NCBI GenBank assembly: GCA_040387855.1
Contig: JAZKCY010000001.1
Span: forward strand, 381,857 to 445,856
Source: Patescibacteria group bacterium
GTDB taxonomy: Bacteria; Patescibacteriota; Minisyncoccia; Phycocordibacterales; JAKAEA01
Reading direction: 5' to 3'
DNA length: 64,000 nt
This document shows positions 37,817 through 47,260 of this stretch, piece after piece. A model generated the notes under the pieces. That model was not told where the DNA came from. It made no database searches and saw only the letters and a list, made by a program, of their open reading frames with translations. Within the stretch, counting starts at the first letter, position 1, and every line of letters begins with the position of its first letter. The position numbers and the translations under genes were made by a program.

Positions 37817-38580
37817 AATTAGATATTATTTTACGAACTCATTCTACAGGTAACTTGCGACCAGGCACACGTTTTCTACAAGTACCAAAAGAACAGTTGG
37901 TTTTAACATGTACCACTTCACTCATAAATTCTGCGAATCTCGTTTCGCCAGATGACCACGAAATAAAAATAGTAATAGTAGATGATCACTCAACAGAATC
38001 ATGCGTTGCTGGCTTGAAAAGAATTTTAGCAACTTCAAAACATCCAACACAACTAATTCAGATAGAACAACCGGGGCATGCTGCATCGCTTATGGCTTGC
38101 TATGAATATGGTAGAGATCATGCTCGAGATGTTATCTATTTTATTGAAGATGATTACCTTCACTTTCCGTCTGCGATCTCTGAAATGATTGAAATGTACG
38201 ATTGGGTAAAGGCTAGCCTGGGTGATAAAGAAGTTGCGCTCTTAGCAAATGATGATCCTGATAGTTATCGTAATCCTTGGATGGAACCAGCAAGGATTGT
38301 ATTAGGTAAGTATCGTCATTGGAGAACAAACTTGTTTTCTACTAGCTCATTTTGGTTTTCAAAAAAAACACTGCTTAAGTATTGGGACATTTATATGCGG
38401 CATACACATTACGGGGAACATGAAGTGATTCATGAGGGTACGACTGTCGATAGAGTATGGCGACATTCTGTTCAATTGTTTACTCCAATACCATCATTAG
38501 CTGTTCATATGGAATACACAGACAATATTGCTCCATTTGTTTATTGGGAAGGCCTGTGGAAAAGTATTATAGTGCCGTAG
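37813..38580 (+). CDS. GT2/GT-A-fold glycosyltransferase, tandem paralog
   Basis: Same MKLDIILRTHS start as 37046; IVDDHS, YFIEDDYLH. Confidence 0.75.
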   Translation: MKLDIILRTHSTGNLRPGTRFLQVPKEQLVLTCTTSLINSANLVSPDDHEIKIVIVDDHSTESCVAGLKRILATSKHPTQLIQIEQPGHAASLMACYEYGRDHARDVIYFIEDDYLHFPSAISEMIEMYDWVKASLGDKEVALLANDDPDSYRNPWMEPARIVLGKYRHWRTNLFSTSSFWFSKKTLLKYWDIYMRHTHYGEHEVIHEGTTVDRVWRHSVQLFTPIPSLAVHMEYTDNIAPFVYWEGLWKSIIVP

Positions 38581-38615
38581 TGTATAATCTAGAGTACGGA
38601 TTGGTATTCTAGATT

Positions 38616-39641
38616 ATGAAAAAACTACTAAATTTTGTTAAATATAATAACTTCTTTTCTCTCGGAGTTATGTTTCTGTTACTTGGAACTGGAGTGACTT
38701 TTGCTGCGAGTCCTACCGCACGTGATGCAATAGTTTTAAAAAATGAATCTGTTGTATCTATTGATAATACCTATATTATTAGTGTAAATTTAAATGCATT
38801 TAACCCAAATCTAAAGATTACTACAATTACTGAAGATGCAGTTAATTACAATGTAGGGTACAGCTACGATACAATTGATCTTATTGATGATATCTGGCAG
38901 CGTGCTACATTACAAAAAACGTTGGTAGTGTCTAAAGAAGCATTGCAAGGTAAAGATCTTGGATTATTTGTATCTGAGCAATTAAGTCAGATGGTAGATA
39001 GTCATTTGGCATATCTTAAAAATGTACAAAAGATAGAAATAACTAAAGGTGCTACACAAAAAATTGTTGCTACTGAATATTCCGGCCTTCTTGGAAGTGT
39101 ATTGAGTTCACAGGAAAAAGTATTCAATGGATATGTTCCTGTGATTCCTCCAGAAAATAAAGATGAAGAAAAGACAGAGACACTTGCTGTGAATGAAGAA
39201 CCAGAATCAGAACGATCAAAATCAATCGGAGCTGCAGAACGAGCTGCTATTCAACAGCAGAAAGATGAGGAAGCTCGACGACAATCTGAAGAAGCTAGAA
39301 TTAGAGATGAAGTGAATCGAATGCTTGAAGAACAAAATAAACCACAAGAAGAAGTTCCAGCTGAAACTGAAGAGCCAGCTCAACCAGTTGGATCTGCAAG
39401 TGGTAGTGAGTCAGAAATAGAAACTCCAACCCCGGAACCCACACCAACTCCGGAGCCTATACCAGAACCTGAACCAACTCCGACCCCAGAGCCAACTCCA
39501 ACACCGGAACCAGAACCCACACCAACCCCAGAACCTCAGCCTGAGCCAACACCGACTCCAGAACCAACTCCTACACCTGAGCCAGCACCAGAGGCCGAAG
39601 AGCCAGTTACAACCCCATCAGAACCTGCTCCTGATCAATAA
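38616..39641 (+). CDS. Exported or anchored protein with coiled coil and Pro-Glu-Pro-Thr tail
   Basis: N-terminal hydrophobic segment ending TFA|A; charged helix; PEPTPT repeats. Confidence 0.75.
   Translation: MKKLLNFVKYNNFFSLGVMFLLLGTGVTFAASPTARDAIVLKNESVVSIDNTYIISVNLNAFNPNLKITTITEDAVNYNVGYSYDTIDLIDDIWQRATLQKTLVVSKEALQGKDLGLFVSEQLSQMVDSHLAYLKNVQKIEITKGATQKIVATEYSGLLGSVLSSQEKVFNGYVPVIPPENKDEEKTETLAVNEEPESERSKSIGAAERAAIQQQKDEEARRQSEEARIRDEVNRMLEEQNKPQEEVPAETEEPAQPVGSASGSESEIETPTPEPTPTPEPIPEPEPTPTPEPTPTPEPEPTPTPEPQPEPTPTPEPTPTPEPAPEAEEPVTTPSEPAPDQ
39421..39595 (+). repeat. Low-complexity PEPTPT coding repeat
   Basis: About 8 imperfect PEPTPT units with diversified codons. Confidence 0.85.
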
Positions 39642-39672
39642 AATACTGTTATTTTAGGCTTTATAATTAGTT

Positions 39673-39701
39673 TTGACCCAACAGGAATTTTCCTGTACTA
39701 T
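39673..39701 (+). promoter_or_regulatory. Sigma70 promoter of proS (likely leaderless)
   Basis: TTGACC-17nt-TACTAT ending 8 nt before ATG; the inverted repeat acaggaa-tt-ttcctgt spans the spacer. Confidence 0.6.
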
Positions 39702-39709
39702 TCAACTAC

Positions 39710-40957
39710 ATGAAACAATCTTTTCTTTTCACAAAAACACGTCGGGAAGCACCAAAAGACGAAGTCTCAAAAAATGCTCAGCTTCTTATTAGAGCCGGAT
39801 ATATTCACAAAGAAATGGCAGGTGTGTATTCTTATTTACCACTTGGACTAAAAGTTTTAAATAATATTGAGAATGTTATTCGAGAAGAAATGAATGCAAT
39901 AGAAGGACAGGAAGTACAACTTACTGCGCTACAAGATAAAAATAAATGGGAAGCAGTAGATCGATGGGATGATAAGAATGTTGATGTATGGTTTAAGACT
40001 AAGTTAAAAAACGATACAGATATTAGTCTTGCGTATACTCATGAACCTGCAATTACTGTAGTAATGAAAGATTATATAACTTCATATAGAGATCTCCCTC
40101 AATATCCATATCAGTTTCAAACTAAATTTCGAAATGAAACACGAGCAAAAAGTGGAATCTTTCGTGGTAGAGAATTCTTGATGAAAGATTTGTATTCTTT
40201 CTCTAAAACTCAAGAAGAACTCGATACATTTTATGAGAAAGCTATTGTTGCATACAAAAATATATTTAATCGTGTGGGTCTTGGAGATAAAACATATTTA
40301 ACATTAGCAAGTGGTGGATCATTTGGTTCAAAATATTCTCATGAATTTCAAACACTTACTGGAGCAGGGGAAGATAATATCTATATCCATAAAGGGAAAA
40401 ATATAGCTATTAACGATGAAGTCTACAATGATGAAACTCTTGAAATGCTAGGTATTAAAAAAGAAGAATTAATACAGGATAAATCAGTTGAAGTAGGAAA
40501 TATCTACAAACTAGGGACATTTTATTCAGGACCACTTGAATTGAAATACACAACAAGTACAGGTGAAAGTAAGGAAGTTATTATGGGTAGTTATGGTATT
40601 GGTTTGGGACGTGTTATGGGAACCATAGTAGAAGTATTATCTGACGAAAAAGGTATTGTTTGGCCAGAAAGTATAGCACCATTTAAAATTCACCTTATAT
40701 TACTTGGTGGAAAAGATGATAAAGCAAAAAACTATGCTGATGAGCTCTACAAAAAGCTTAGTGAAAAAAATGTTGAAGTGCTTTATGACGATAGAGACGC
40801 TCGAGCAGGAGAAAAGTTTGCAGATTCAGATCTGATAGGAATTCCATATAGAGTAATAGTAAGTGACAAGGGAATGGAAGCTGGAAAACTAGAAATGAAA
40901 GTACGAAAGACAGGAGAGATACAAAGTATTACCGAAGAAGAACTGTTCACCCTATAA
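39710..40957 (+). CDS. proS: Prolyl-tRNA synthetase, short form without the INS editing domain
   Basis: LLIRAGYI, KFRNETR, GREFLMKDLYSF, EVGNIYKLG, GSYGIGLGR, anticodon-binding domain. Confidence 0.95.
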   Translation: MKQSFLFTKTRREAPKDEVSKNAQLLIRAGYIHKEMAGVYSYLPLGLKVLNNIENVIREEMNAIEGQEVQLTALQDKNKWEAVDRWDDKNVDVWFKTKLKNDTDISLAYTHEPAITVVMKDYITSYRDLPQYPYQFQTKFRNETRAKSGIFRGREFLMKDLYSFSKTQEELDTFYEKAIVAYKNIFNRVGLGDKTYLTLASGGSFGSKYSHEFQTLTGAGEDNIYIHKGKNIAINDEVYNDETLEMLGIKKEELIQDKSVEVGNIYKLGTFYSGPLELKYTTSTGESKEVIMGSYGIGLGRVMGTIVEVLSDEKGIVWPESIAPFKIHLILLGGKDDKAKNYADELYKKLSEKNVEVLYDDRDARAGEKFADSDLIGIPYRVIVSDKGMEAGKLEMKVRKTGEIQSITEEELFTL

Positions 40958-40973
40958 AGATTTAAAAAGTATA

Positions 40974-42041
40974 ATGTTCAAAAATTTCCGACAAAGACTT
41001 ACAAAAATGTTTAGCAATGAGATCGGCATCGATCTTGGAACTGCTAATACATTGGTCTATTTACGTGGTCGTGGAATTGTAATTAATGAACCATCAGTAG
41101 TTGCAATCAATCAGAAGACAGGAACTGTAGTTGCAATTGGAACACAAGCAAAAGATATGCTTGGACGTACTCCTCAGCATATTATCGCAGTAAAACCGCT
41201 TGTAGACGGAGTTATATCAGATTTTGAGGTGACAGAAGAAATGATTACCTATCTACTAAACAAAGCGCAGAAAGATACAAAAAAGTTTCTCGGTCCAAAA
41301 GTAGTGGTGGGTGTGCCATCAGGAATTACCAATGTTGAGACACGAGCAGTTCGAGATGCTACAAAAAACGCAGGAGCTAGAGAAGTATATATAGTTGAAG
41401 AGCCTATGGCCGCTGCTGTTGGTATTCGCTTGCCTGTAATGGAACCAGTTGGAAATATGATTATTGATATTGGTGGTGGAACAACCGATATTGCCGTTAT
41501 ATCACTTGGTGGTGTTGTTGTTTCAAAAAATCTAAAAATAGCAGGTGATAAGCTTAATGCAGATATCACTACCTATATCCGAAGTGAATTTAAAATTTTA
41601 ATTGGTGAAAAGACTGCAGAGCAAATTAAAATTACAATTGGCGCAGTATTGCCGGGAGAAACTCCCATGGAATCTATAATTAAGGGAAGAGATCTCGTTA
41701 CTGGTTTGCCACGTGAAGTAGTTATTACAGATGCTGATATCCGAGAAGCAACATCTCAATCTATAGAGACATTGCTTGAAGCTTCAAAAGAAGTTCTTGA
41801 AACTACACCTCCAGAAATTATTGCTGATGTCATGCACCGAGGGATTTACCTTACTGGTGGAGGGGCTCTTATAAAGGGACTTCATGTGTTACTTGCAGAC
41901 TTTCTGAAAATTCCTGTTCATGTGGCAGAGGATCCTCTTACTGCTGTTGCCCGTGGAACTGGTATTATTTTAGAAAATATACCAAAATATCAAGATATTT
42001 TGATTCAAAACGAAGATGATCTACCAGCCGCGAGATACTAA
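40974..42041 (+). CDS. mreB: Rod shape-determining protein MreB (paralog 2, in the mre operon)
   Basis: GIDLGTANT, DIGGGTTD, TGGGAL. Confidence 0.95.
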   Translation: MFKNFRQRLTKMFSNEIGIDLGTANTLVYLRGRGIVINEPSVVAINQKTGTVVAIGTQAKDMLGRTPQHIIAVKPLVDGVISDFEVTEEMITYLLNKAQKDTKKFLGPKVVVGVPSGITNVETRAVRDATKNAGAREVYIVEEPMAAAVGIRLPVMEPVGNMIIDIGGGTTDIAVISLGGVVVSKNLKIAGDKLNADITTYIRSEFKILIGEKTAEQIKITIGAVLPGETPMESIIKGRDLVTGLPREVVITDADIREATSQSIETLLEASKEVLETTPPEIIADVMHRGIYLTGGGALIKGLHVLLADFLKIPVHVAEDPLTAVARGTGIILENIPKYQDILIQNEDDLPAARY

Positions 42042-42822
42042 ACGTAGAAGTCAAAAAAGAGCAGTCTCTGTTCTTATCATATTCGCTATTGCTGCTATTG
42101 TGGGTCTCATAAATTGGCTTTCTCCACAATTGTTTATGCCGGCAACACATGCTGCAGGTGTTCCTATCATGTACTCCCAAGCAGCTGTAGAAAATGCTAC
42201 AGATACTATTTGGGGAGTTTTAAAATCAAAACGAACGCTTCTTGAGCACAATCGTTCTTTGCGTGAACAACTAGCTCTCATGGAAGCTACTGTTTTAGAA
42301 AAAAATATTTTAACAGAAGAAAACGAATCACTACGAAAGTTACTAGGAAGAGAGAATGCATCCACTACTTCCATCGTAGCTCGAATTATTTCAAAACCAG
42401 GTTTTTCTCCTTATGACACTATTATAATTGATGCTGGAGATCAGGAGGGAGTTGTTGTTGGAGATACTGTTGTTGTTAACGGTTCAGTGCTTGTAGGCAA
42501 AGTTGCCACTACAGCTGCTCATAGTTCTAATGTTGTCCTGTATTCATCACCTGAACAGAAAGTTCAAGTGCTTATTGGTCCACAGGCCGTAGAGACCACT
42601 GCATTTGGAAAAGGAGGAGGGAATTTTGAAGTGAAATTACCTCGCAACGCCTCAATCAAAGAAGGAGACAGTGTTGTTATGGCAGAACATCCTGAATATA
42701 TATTTGGAGCAATTACTTCAATTCAAATTTCAGATGCAGACTCATTTGAAAAAGTTCTCTTTAGAAGTGCTATTGATGTGACAGAAACAAAATTTGTGAC
42801 TGTAGAGCAACCTATCAAATAG
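42016..42822 (+). CDS. mreC: Rod shape-determining protein MreC
   Basis: TM, coiled coil ENESLRKLLG, IIIDAGDQEGVVVGD; position after mreB. Confidence 0.9.
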   Translation: MIYQPRDTKRRSQKRAVSVLIIFAIAAIVGLINWLSPQLFMPATHAAGVPIMYSQAAVENATDTIWGVLKSKRTLLEHNRSLREQLALMEATVLEKNILTEENESLRKLLGRENASTTSIVARIISKPGFSPYDTIIIDAGDQEGVVVGDTVVVNGSVLVGKVATTAAHSSNVVLYSSPEQKVQVLIGPQAVETTAFGKGGGNFEVKLPRNASIKEGDSVVMAEHPEYIFGAITSIQISDADSFEKVLFRSAIDVTETKFVTVEQPIK

Positions 42823-42824
42823 TT

Positions 42825-43088
42825 ATGTCATACCGAATTCTTTTTGATTGCATCTTAGGTATCTCAATATTCTTTTTGCCTTGGTGGATTCCATTTTTAG
42901 CAGCTTGTATAGCCGTATTTTTTCTAGATTCATTTTATGAAATTGTTGTGCTGGGCGTGATCATTGATTCGCTGTATAATGCACCTATAGTTCGCTTTCA
43001 CAATATTCAGTTTGTAATTACATTTCTTGCTCTCTTTGTTACGTTGATAGGTTCATTTATAAAAAACAAATTAAGATTTTATAACTAA
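42825..43088 (+). CDS. Small membrane protein in the mreD position
   Basis: 87 aa, about 3 TM, between mreC and mrdA. Confidence 0.55.
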   Translation: MSYRILFDCILGISIFFLPWWIPFLAACIAVFFLDSFYEIVVLGVIIDSLYNAPIVRFHNIQFVITFLALFVTLIGSFIKNKLRFYN

Positions 43089-44803
43089 TGGTTAGGTTTA
43101 AGGACATTAAAAAAATATTCTCACGAAAAAGAACGTTTAATAATGTTGATATTGCTCCAGATGAGATTCTTATTGATGCATCAAATCTCCCAGAATTTGA
43201 TCAACATCAATTTGAAGGTCGAATTGAAAAACCGATTTCGCCGCGGATTATTATATTTCTCGGATTTATTTTTTTAGCAGTTGGTGGGGTATTCACATAT
43301 AAGGCTTGGTCACTTCAAATTGCTAATGGTGCAGAGTTTGCTGAGCGTAGTGAAAACAACAGCTTGCGTCATACTCTCGTATTTTCTGATCGAGGGGTTA
43401 TTTATGATCGCAATAAAACACTCTTGGCTTGGAATATTAAAAATCCTGAAGATGATGATTTCTCATTTAGAAGGTATGCAACAACAACAGGTCTTTCAAA
43501 TTTGATTGGATACATTAAATATCCGTCAAAAGACACCTCGGGTTTTTACTATCGAGAAGATTATCTCGGTATGGACGGAATCGAAAAGTTTTACAACGAA
43601 AAATTGAAGGGAACTAATGGTTTGAAAATTACCGAAACAGATGTTCACCGTACGGTGATTTCTCAGAGTGTATTGAATCCGCCAGAAACTGGAGGTGATG
43701 TTGTACTTTCAATAGATTCACGAATCCAGTCAAAGATGTATGACGTTATTGCACAAGTTGCACAGGAGCGTGGATTTACAGGAGGAGCTGGGGCAATGAT
43801 GGATGTTCGTACAGGGGAAATAATTGCTTCGGTTACATATCCAGAGTACAACTCTCAAGTACTCACCGATGGAACTGACCGTGAAAAAATCCAGCATTAC
43901 TTTACCGATAAAAGCACTCCTGTGCTCGATCGTGTTTCTTCTGGGTTGTATACACCTGGTTCTATTGTAAAGCCATTTATGTCTATTGCAGCGCTTAGTG
44001 AAAAGGTTATTACACCTGAAAAAGTGATTTATACAACAGGATCTATTTCACTTAAGAATCCATACAATCCAGATATTACCTATGTATTTCGTGATTGGAA
44101 AAATCATGGACCTGTAGATATGCGTAAAGCAATTGAACAATCTTCAGATGTGTATTTTTATGAGGTGGGTGGTGGATATCAAGATCAAAAGGGAATGGGG
44201 ATTTTAAATATAGAAAAATATTCTCGAATGTTTGGTTTTGGTCGCCCTGTAGGGTCAGACTTTTTTGGAAATAAAGCAGGAACAATTCCTAGTCCGGATT
44301 GGAAAAAAGCAACGTTTGATGGAGAAGAATGGACTGTGGGAAATACCTATCACTCGGTGATTGGTCAATATGGTTTTCAGGTAACGCCACTTCAGGTGGT
44401 GCGATCTGTAGCTGCTATCGCAAATTATGGAACGCTCGTTAAGCCAACTATTATTTCTGGAGACACAACAATGATGGATGAAACTGAAAAGATCAATTTA
44501 CCGCGGTCATATTTTAATGTGGCACATGAAGGAATGCGTCAGGCAGCTGTACAAGGCAGTGCACAGGCTCTCAATGTGTCATATGTGAAATTTGGAGCTA
44601 AGACTGGTACAGCAGAGCTTGGTGTAAAGAAGGATTTTGTAAACTCATGGGTAACAGGGTTTTTTCCTTATGAAAATCCCAAGTATTCGTTTGTTGTACT
44701 AATGGAGCGTGGACCGGTAAAAAACCTAGTAGGAGCTTCATCCGTTAGCCGACAGATCTTTGATTGGATGAATGTTAATACGCCAGAATACTTTGCAAAT
44801 TAA
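43088..44803 (+). CDS. mrdA: Penicillin-binding protein 2
   Basis: RGVIYDRN, PGSIVK (SxxK), SSD, KTGTAE; located in the mre operon. Confidence 0.9.
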   Translation: MVRFKDIKKIFSRKRTFNNVDIAPDEILIDASNLPEFDQHQFEGRIEKPISPRIIIFLGFIFLAVGGVFTYKAWSLQIANGAEFAERSENNSLRHTLVFSDRGVIYDRNKTLLAWNIKNPEDDDFSFRRYATTTGLSNLIGYIKYPSKDTSGFYYREDYLGMDGIEKFYNEKLKGTNGLKITETDVHRTVISQSVLNPPETGGDVVLSIDSRIQSKMYDVIAQVAQERGFTGGAGAMMDVRTGEIIASVTYPEYNSQVLTDGTDREKIQHYFTDKSTPVLDRVSSGLYTPGSIVKPFMSIAALSEKVITPEKVIYTTGSISLKNPYNPDITYVFRDWKNHGPVDMRKAIEQSSDVYFYEVGGGYQDQKGMGILNIEKYSRMFGFGRPVGSDFFGNKAGTIPSPDWKKATFDGEEWTVGNTYHSVIGQYGFQVTPLQVVRSVAAIANYGTLVKPTIISGDTTMMDETEKINLPRSYFNVAHEGMRQAAVQGSAQALNVSYVKFGAKTGTAELGVKKDFVNSWVTGFFPYENPKYSFVVLMERGPVKNLVGASSVSRQIFDWMNVNTPEYFAN

Positions 44804-44850
44804 TGTGAAAAAAGGTATACTTTGCTCAATTTTAAATTAAACAACGGCCA

Positions 44851-45321
44851 ATGAAAACTGATACAACACAGTACCTTACAAAAGAAAAACATGAAGAGCT
44901 TAAGAAAGAGCTCGAGCAACTTCGAACTGTAGGACGCCGTGAAGTAGCTGAAGAATTGGAATACTCAAAACAGTTGGGAGATCTTTCAGAAAATGCAGAA
45001 TATCATCAGGCACGAGAACGACAAGCTATTTTGGAAGAACGAATTAGTAAACTTGATGGACTCCTAAAGTCTGCATCTATTGTTGATGCTCATCATACAG
45101 AAGCCGTAAACGTGGGATCAGAAGTTGAGCTTCAGAAAGAAGGAAAAAAAGAAACAGTAAAATATACTATTGTAGGATCAGAAGAAGCAGACATGTCAAA
45201 GTTTAAACTTTCAGTTGCGTCTCCACTAGGACAAGCACTTCGGGGTAAAAAGAAAGGTGAAACATTTGTATTACAAACTCCTGGAGGAAAAGTGAGTTAT
45301 AAAGTTGTTAATATTGCGTAA
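44851..45321 (+). CDS. greA: Transcription elongation factor GreA
   Basis: GDLSENAEY, SPLGQAL. Confidence 0.95.
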   Translation: MKTDTTQYLTKEKHEELKKELEQLRTVGRREVAEELEYSKQLGDLSENAEYHQARERQAILEERISKLDGLLKSASIVDAHHTEAVNVGSEVELQKEGKKETVKYTIVGSEEADMSKFKLSVASPLGQALRGKKKGETFVLQTPGGKVSYKVVNIA

Positions 45322-45348
45322 GTATCTGAGTCAGCTTACACTTGAGTT

Positions 45349-47250
45349 ATGGCATCACTAGAAGAATTACGTGAAGCTCGGCTTCAAAAGCTAGAGCTTC
45401 TTAAAAAAGAGGGCATTAATCCATATCCTGCAAAAACAAAGCGTGATCATTCTATAGATCATGTTATTAGTAGTTTTGAAAATTTAGAGAAAGAACAAAC
45501 AACTATCACACTCGCAGGACGAGTAATGTCTATTCGAGCGCAAGGTGGATTGGTTTTCTTTAACTTATTTGACGGTACTGCAAAATTTCAAGGCTTACTA
45601 AAACAAGAAGAAGTAGATGCAAAAATCTATGATCTTTTTAATGCTGCAGTAGATATTGGAGACTTTGTAGAAGTAACCGGAACAGTATTTGTAACTAAGC
45701 GTGGAGAAAAAACACTCAGTGTTAAATCATGGGCAATGCTTTCAAAAACTATGTTGCCACTTCCAGAAAAATGGCATGGTCTACAGGATAATGATGAAAA
45801 GCTTCGTAAGCGATATTTAGATATTCTGTTTAATCCTGAACTTAAAGATCTTATAGAAAAGAAAGCAAAGTTTTGGCAATCAATGAGAAACTTTTTAATT
45901 ACTGAAGGTTTCTTAGAAGTTGAAACTCCAATTATAGAAAATACTACTGGAGGTGCAGATGCTCGACCTTTTGCTACTCACCACAATGCTTTAGATATTG
46001 ATGTATATCTTAGAATTTCAGCTGGTGAATTATGGCAAAAGAGATTAATGGTTGCTGGTTTTCCAAAAGTTTTTGAAATAGGACGAGTATTCCGAAATGA
46101 AGGAATGTCGCCAGAGCATGCTCAGGATTATACTCAGATGGAATTTTACTGGGGCTATGCTGATTATGAAAAAGGCATGGATTTAGTAGAGCGAATGTAC
46201 AAGTATGTAGCTCAGGAGACGTTTGGCAAACTTCAATTTAAAATTGGAGAATTTGATGTCGATTTAAACAAAACATGGGAACGATTTGATTATGCAGAAA
46301 CTATTAAGAAATTTACTGAAATAGATATTTCACAGGCTACTCTTCAAGAGATTGAAGAAAAATTAAGAGCACTTGAAATTAAATTTGATACTAATGGTTG
46401 GAACTTTTCTCGTGCAGTAGATATCCTTTGGAAATATTGTCGAAAGCAAATTAGTGGTCCTGGATTTCTAGTTAATGTACCAAAGTTTCTTTCACCACTT
46501 GCTAAGTCACATGAGGGAAATACAAATGTTGTACAGCAATTCCAGCCCCTCATTGCAGGTAGTGAGCTTGGGAAGGGTTATAGTGAGCTTAATGACCCAA
46601 TAGATCAAGCAGAACGATTTTTGGAGCAAGAGAAGCTACGTTTAGATGGTGATGAAGAAGCACAAATGAATGATACCGACTTTGTTGAGGCTCTTGAGCA
46701 TGGTATGCCTCCTACATGTGGGTTCGGAATTAGTGAGCGGTTATTCTCATATCTTGCAAATAAGCCTATTCGAGAAACTCAGATTTTCCCATTGATGAAA
46801 CCACTTCAAGAAGGTGGAGCAAAAAAGAAAGAAGCAAAAGTTGCGGTAGCTCTTATTAATAAGGGAGCAAACCTTGTAGGCTGGCAGGAAAAAAATGCTA
46901 TAGCTCATCTTACTGCAGCATTTGGCGCACGAAGAGGAAAAGAACTATTTAAATTTAATTCTGTAGCAACTTCGGATGATCAAAAGATTAATTTAAATAT
47001 TCAGCATGCTATCTTAATTAAAGATGCAGACTCATCTGATGCATTGTATAATGTATCTCACGTAGCAAAATCACAGGGACTCGAAGTTTCTGAATTTACC
47101 CGTGAAATGCTTGAGACAACCAACGATAAAAAGGTTGCTGAAAATACAAAGTCGAAACCTGTAAAAGATATAGAATTCCTTGGAGTTCTTGTCTTTGGGT
47201 ATAAATCAGAAGTTGACGAATTAACAAAACAGTTTAAACTTTCAGAATAA
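45349..47250 (+). CDS. lysS: Class II lysyl-tRNA synthetase with C-terminal DUF2000-like extension
   Basis: GGADARPF, YLRIS, FEIGRVFRNEG, GMPPTCGFGI, FPLMKP, then ~140 extra residues. Confidence 0.95.
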   Translation: MASLEELREARLQKLELLKKEGINPYPAKTKRDHSIDHVISSFENLEKEQTTITLAGRVMSIRAQGGLVFFNLFDGTAKFQGLLKQEEVDAKIYDLFNAAVDIGDFVEVTGTVFVTKRGEKTLSVKSWAMLSKTMLPLPEKWHGLQDNDEKLRKRYLDILFNPELKDLIEKKAKFWQSMRNFLITEGFLEVETPIIENTTGGADARPFATHHNALDIDVYLRISAGELWQKRLMVAGFPKVFEIGRVFRNEGMSPEHAQDYTQMEFYWGYADYEKGMDLVERMYKYVAQETFGKLQFKIGEFDVDLNKTWERFDYAETIKKFTEIDISQATLQEIEEKLRALEIKFDTNGWNFSRAVDILWKYCRKQISGPGFLVNVPKFLSPLAKSHEGNTNVVQQFQPLIAGSELGKGYSELNDPIDQAERFLEQEKLRLDGDEEAQMNDTDFVEALEHGMPPTCGFGISERLFSYLANKPIRETQIFPLMKPLQEGGAKKKEAKVAVALINKGANLVGWQEKNAIAHLTAAFGARRGKELFKFNSVATSDDQKINLNIQHAILIKDADSSDALYNVSHVAKSQGLEVSEFTREMLETTNDKKVAENTKSKPVKDIEFLGVLVFGYKSEVDELTKQFKLSE

Positions 47251-47260
47251 TTACAAATAT

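Noticed and set aside
39421-39595. PEPTPT repeat as a contingency or phase-variation locus
   Set aside because: Codons are diversified, so it is an ordinary Pro-rich linker rather than a perfect DNA tandem repeat
14377-42041. Two mreB copies as a novelty
   Set aside because: MreB/Mbl paralogs are common; they are divergent, not a recent duplication
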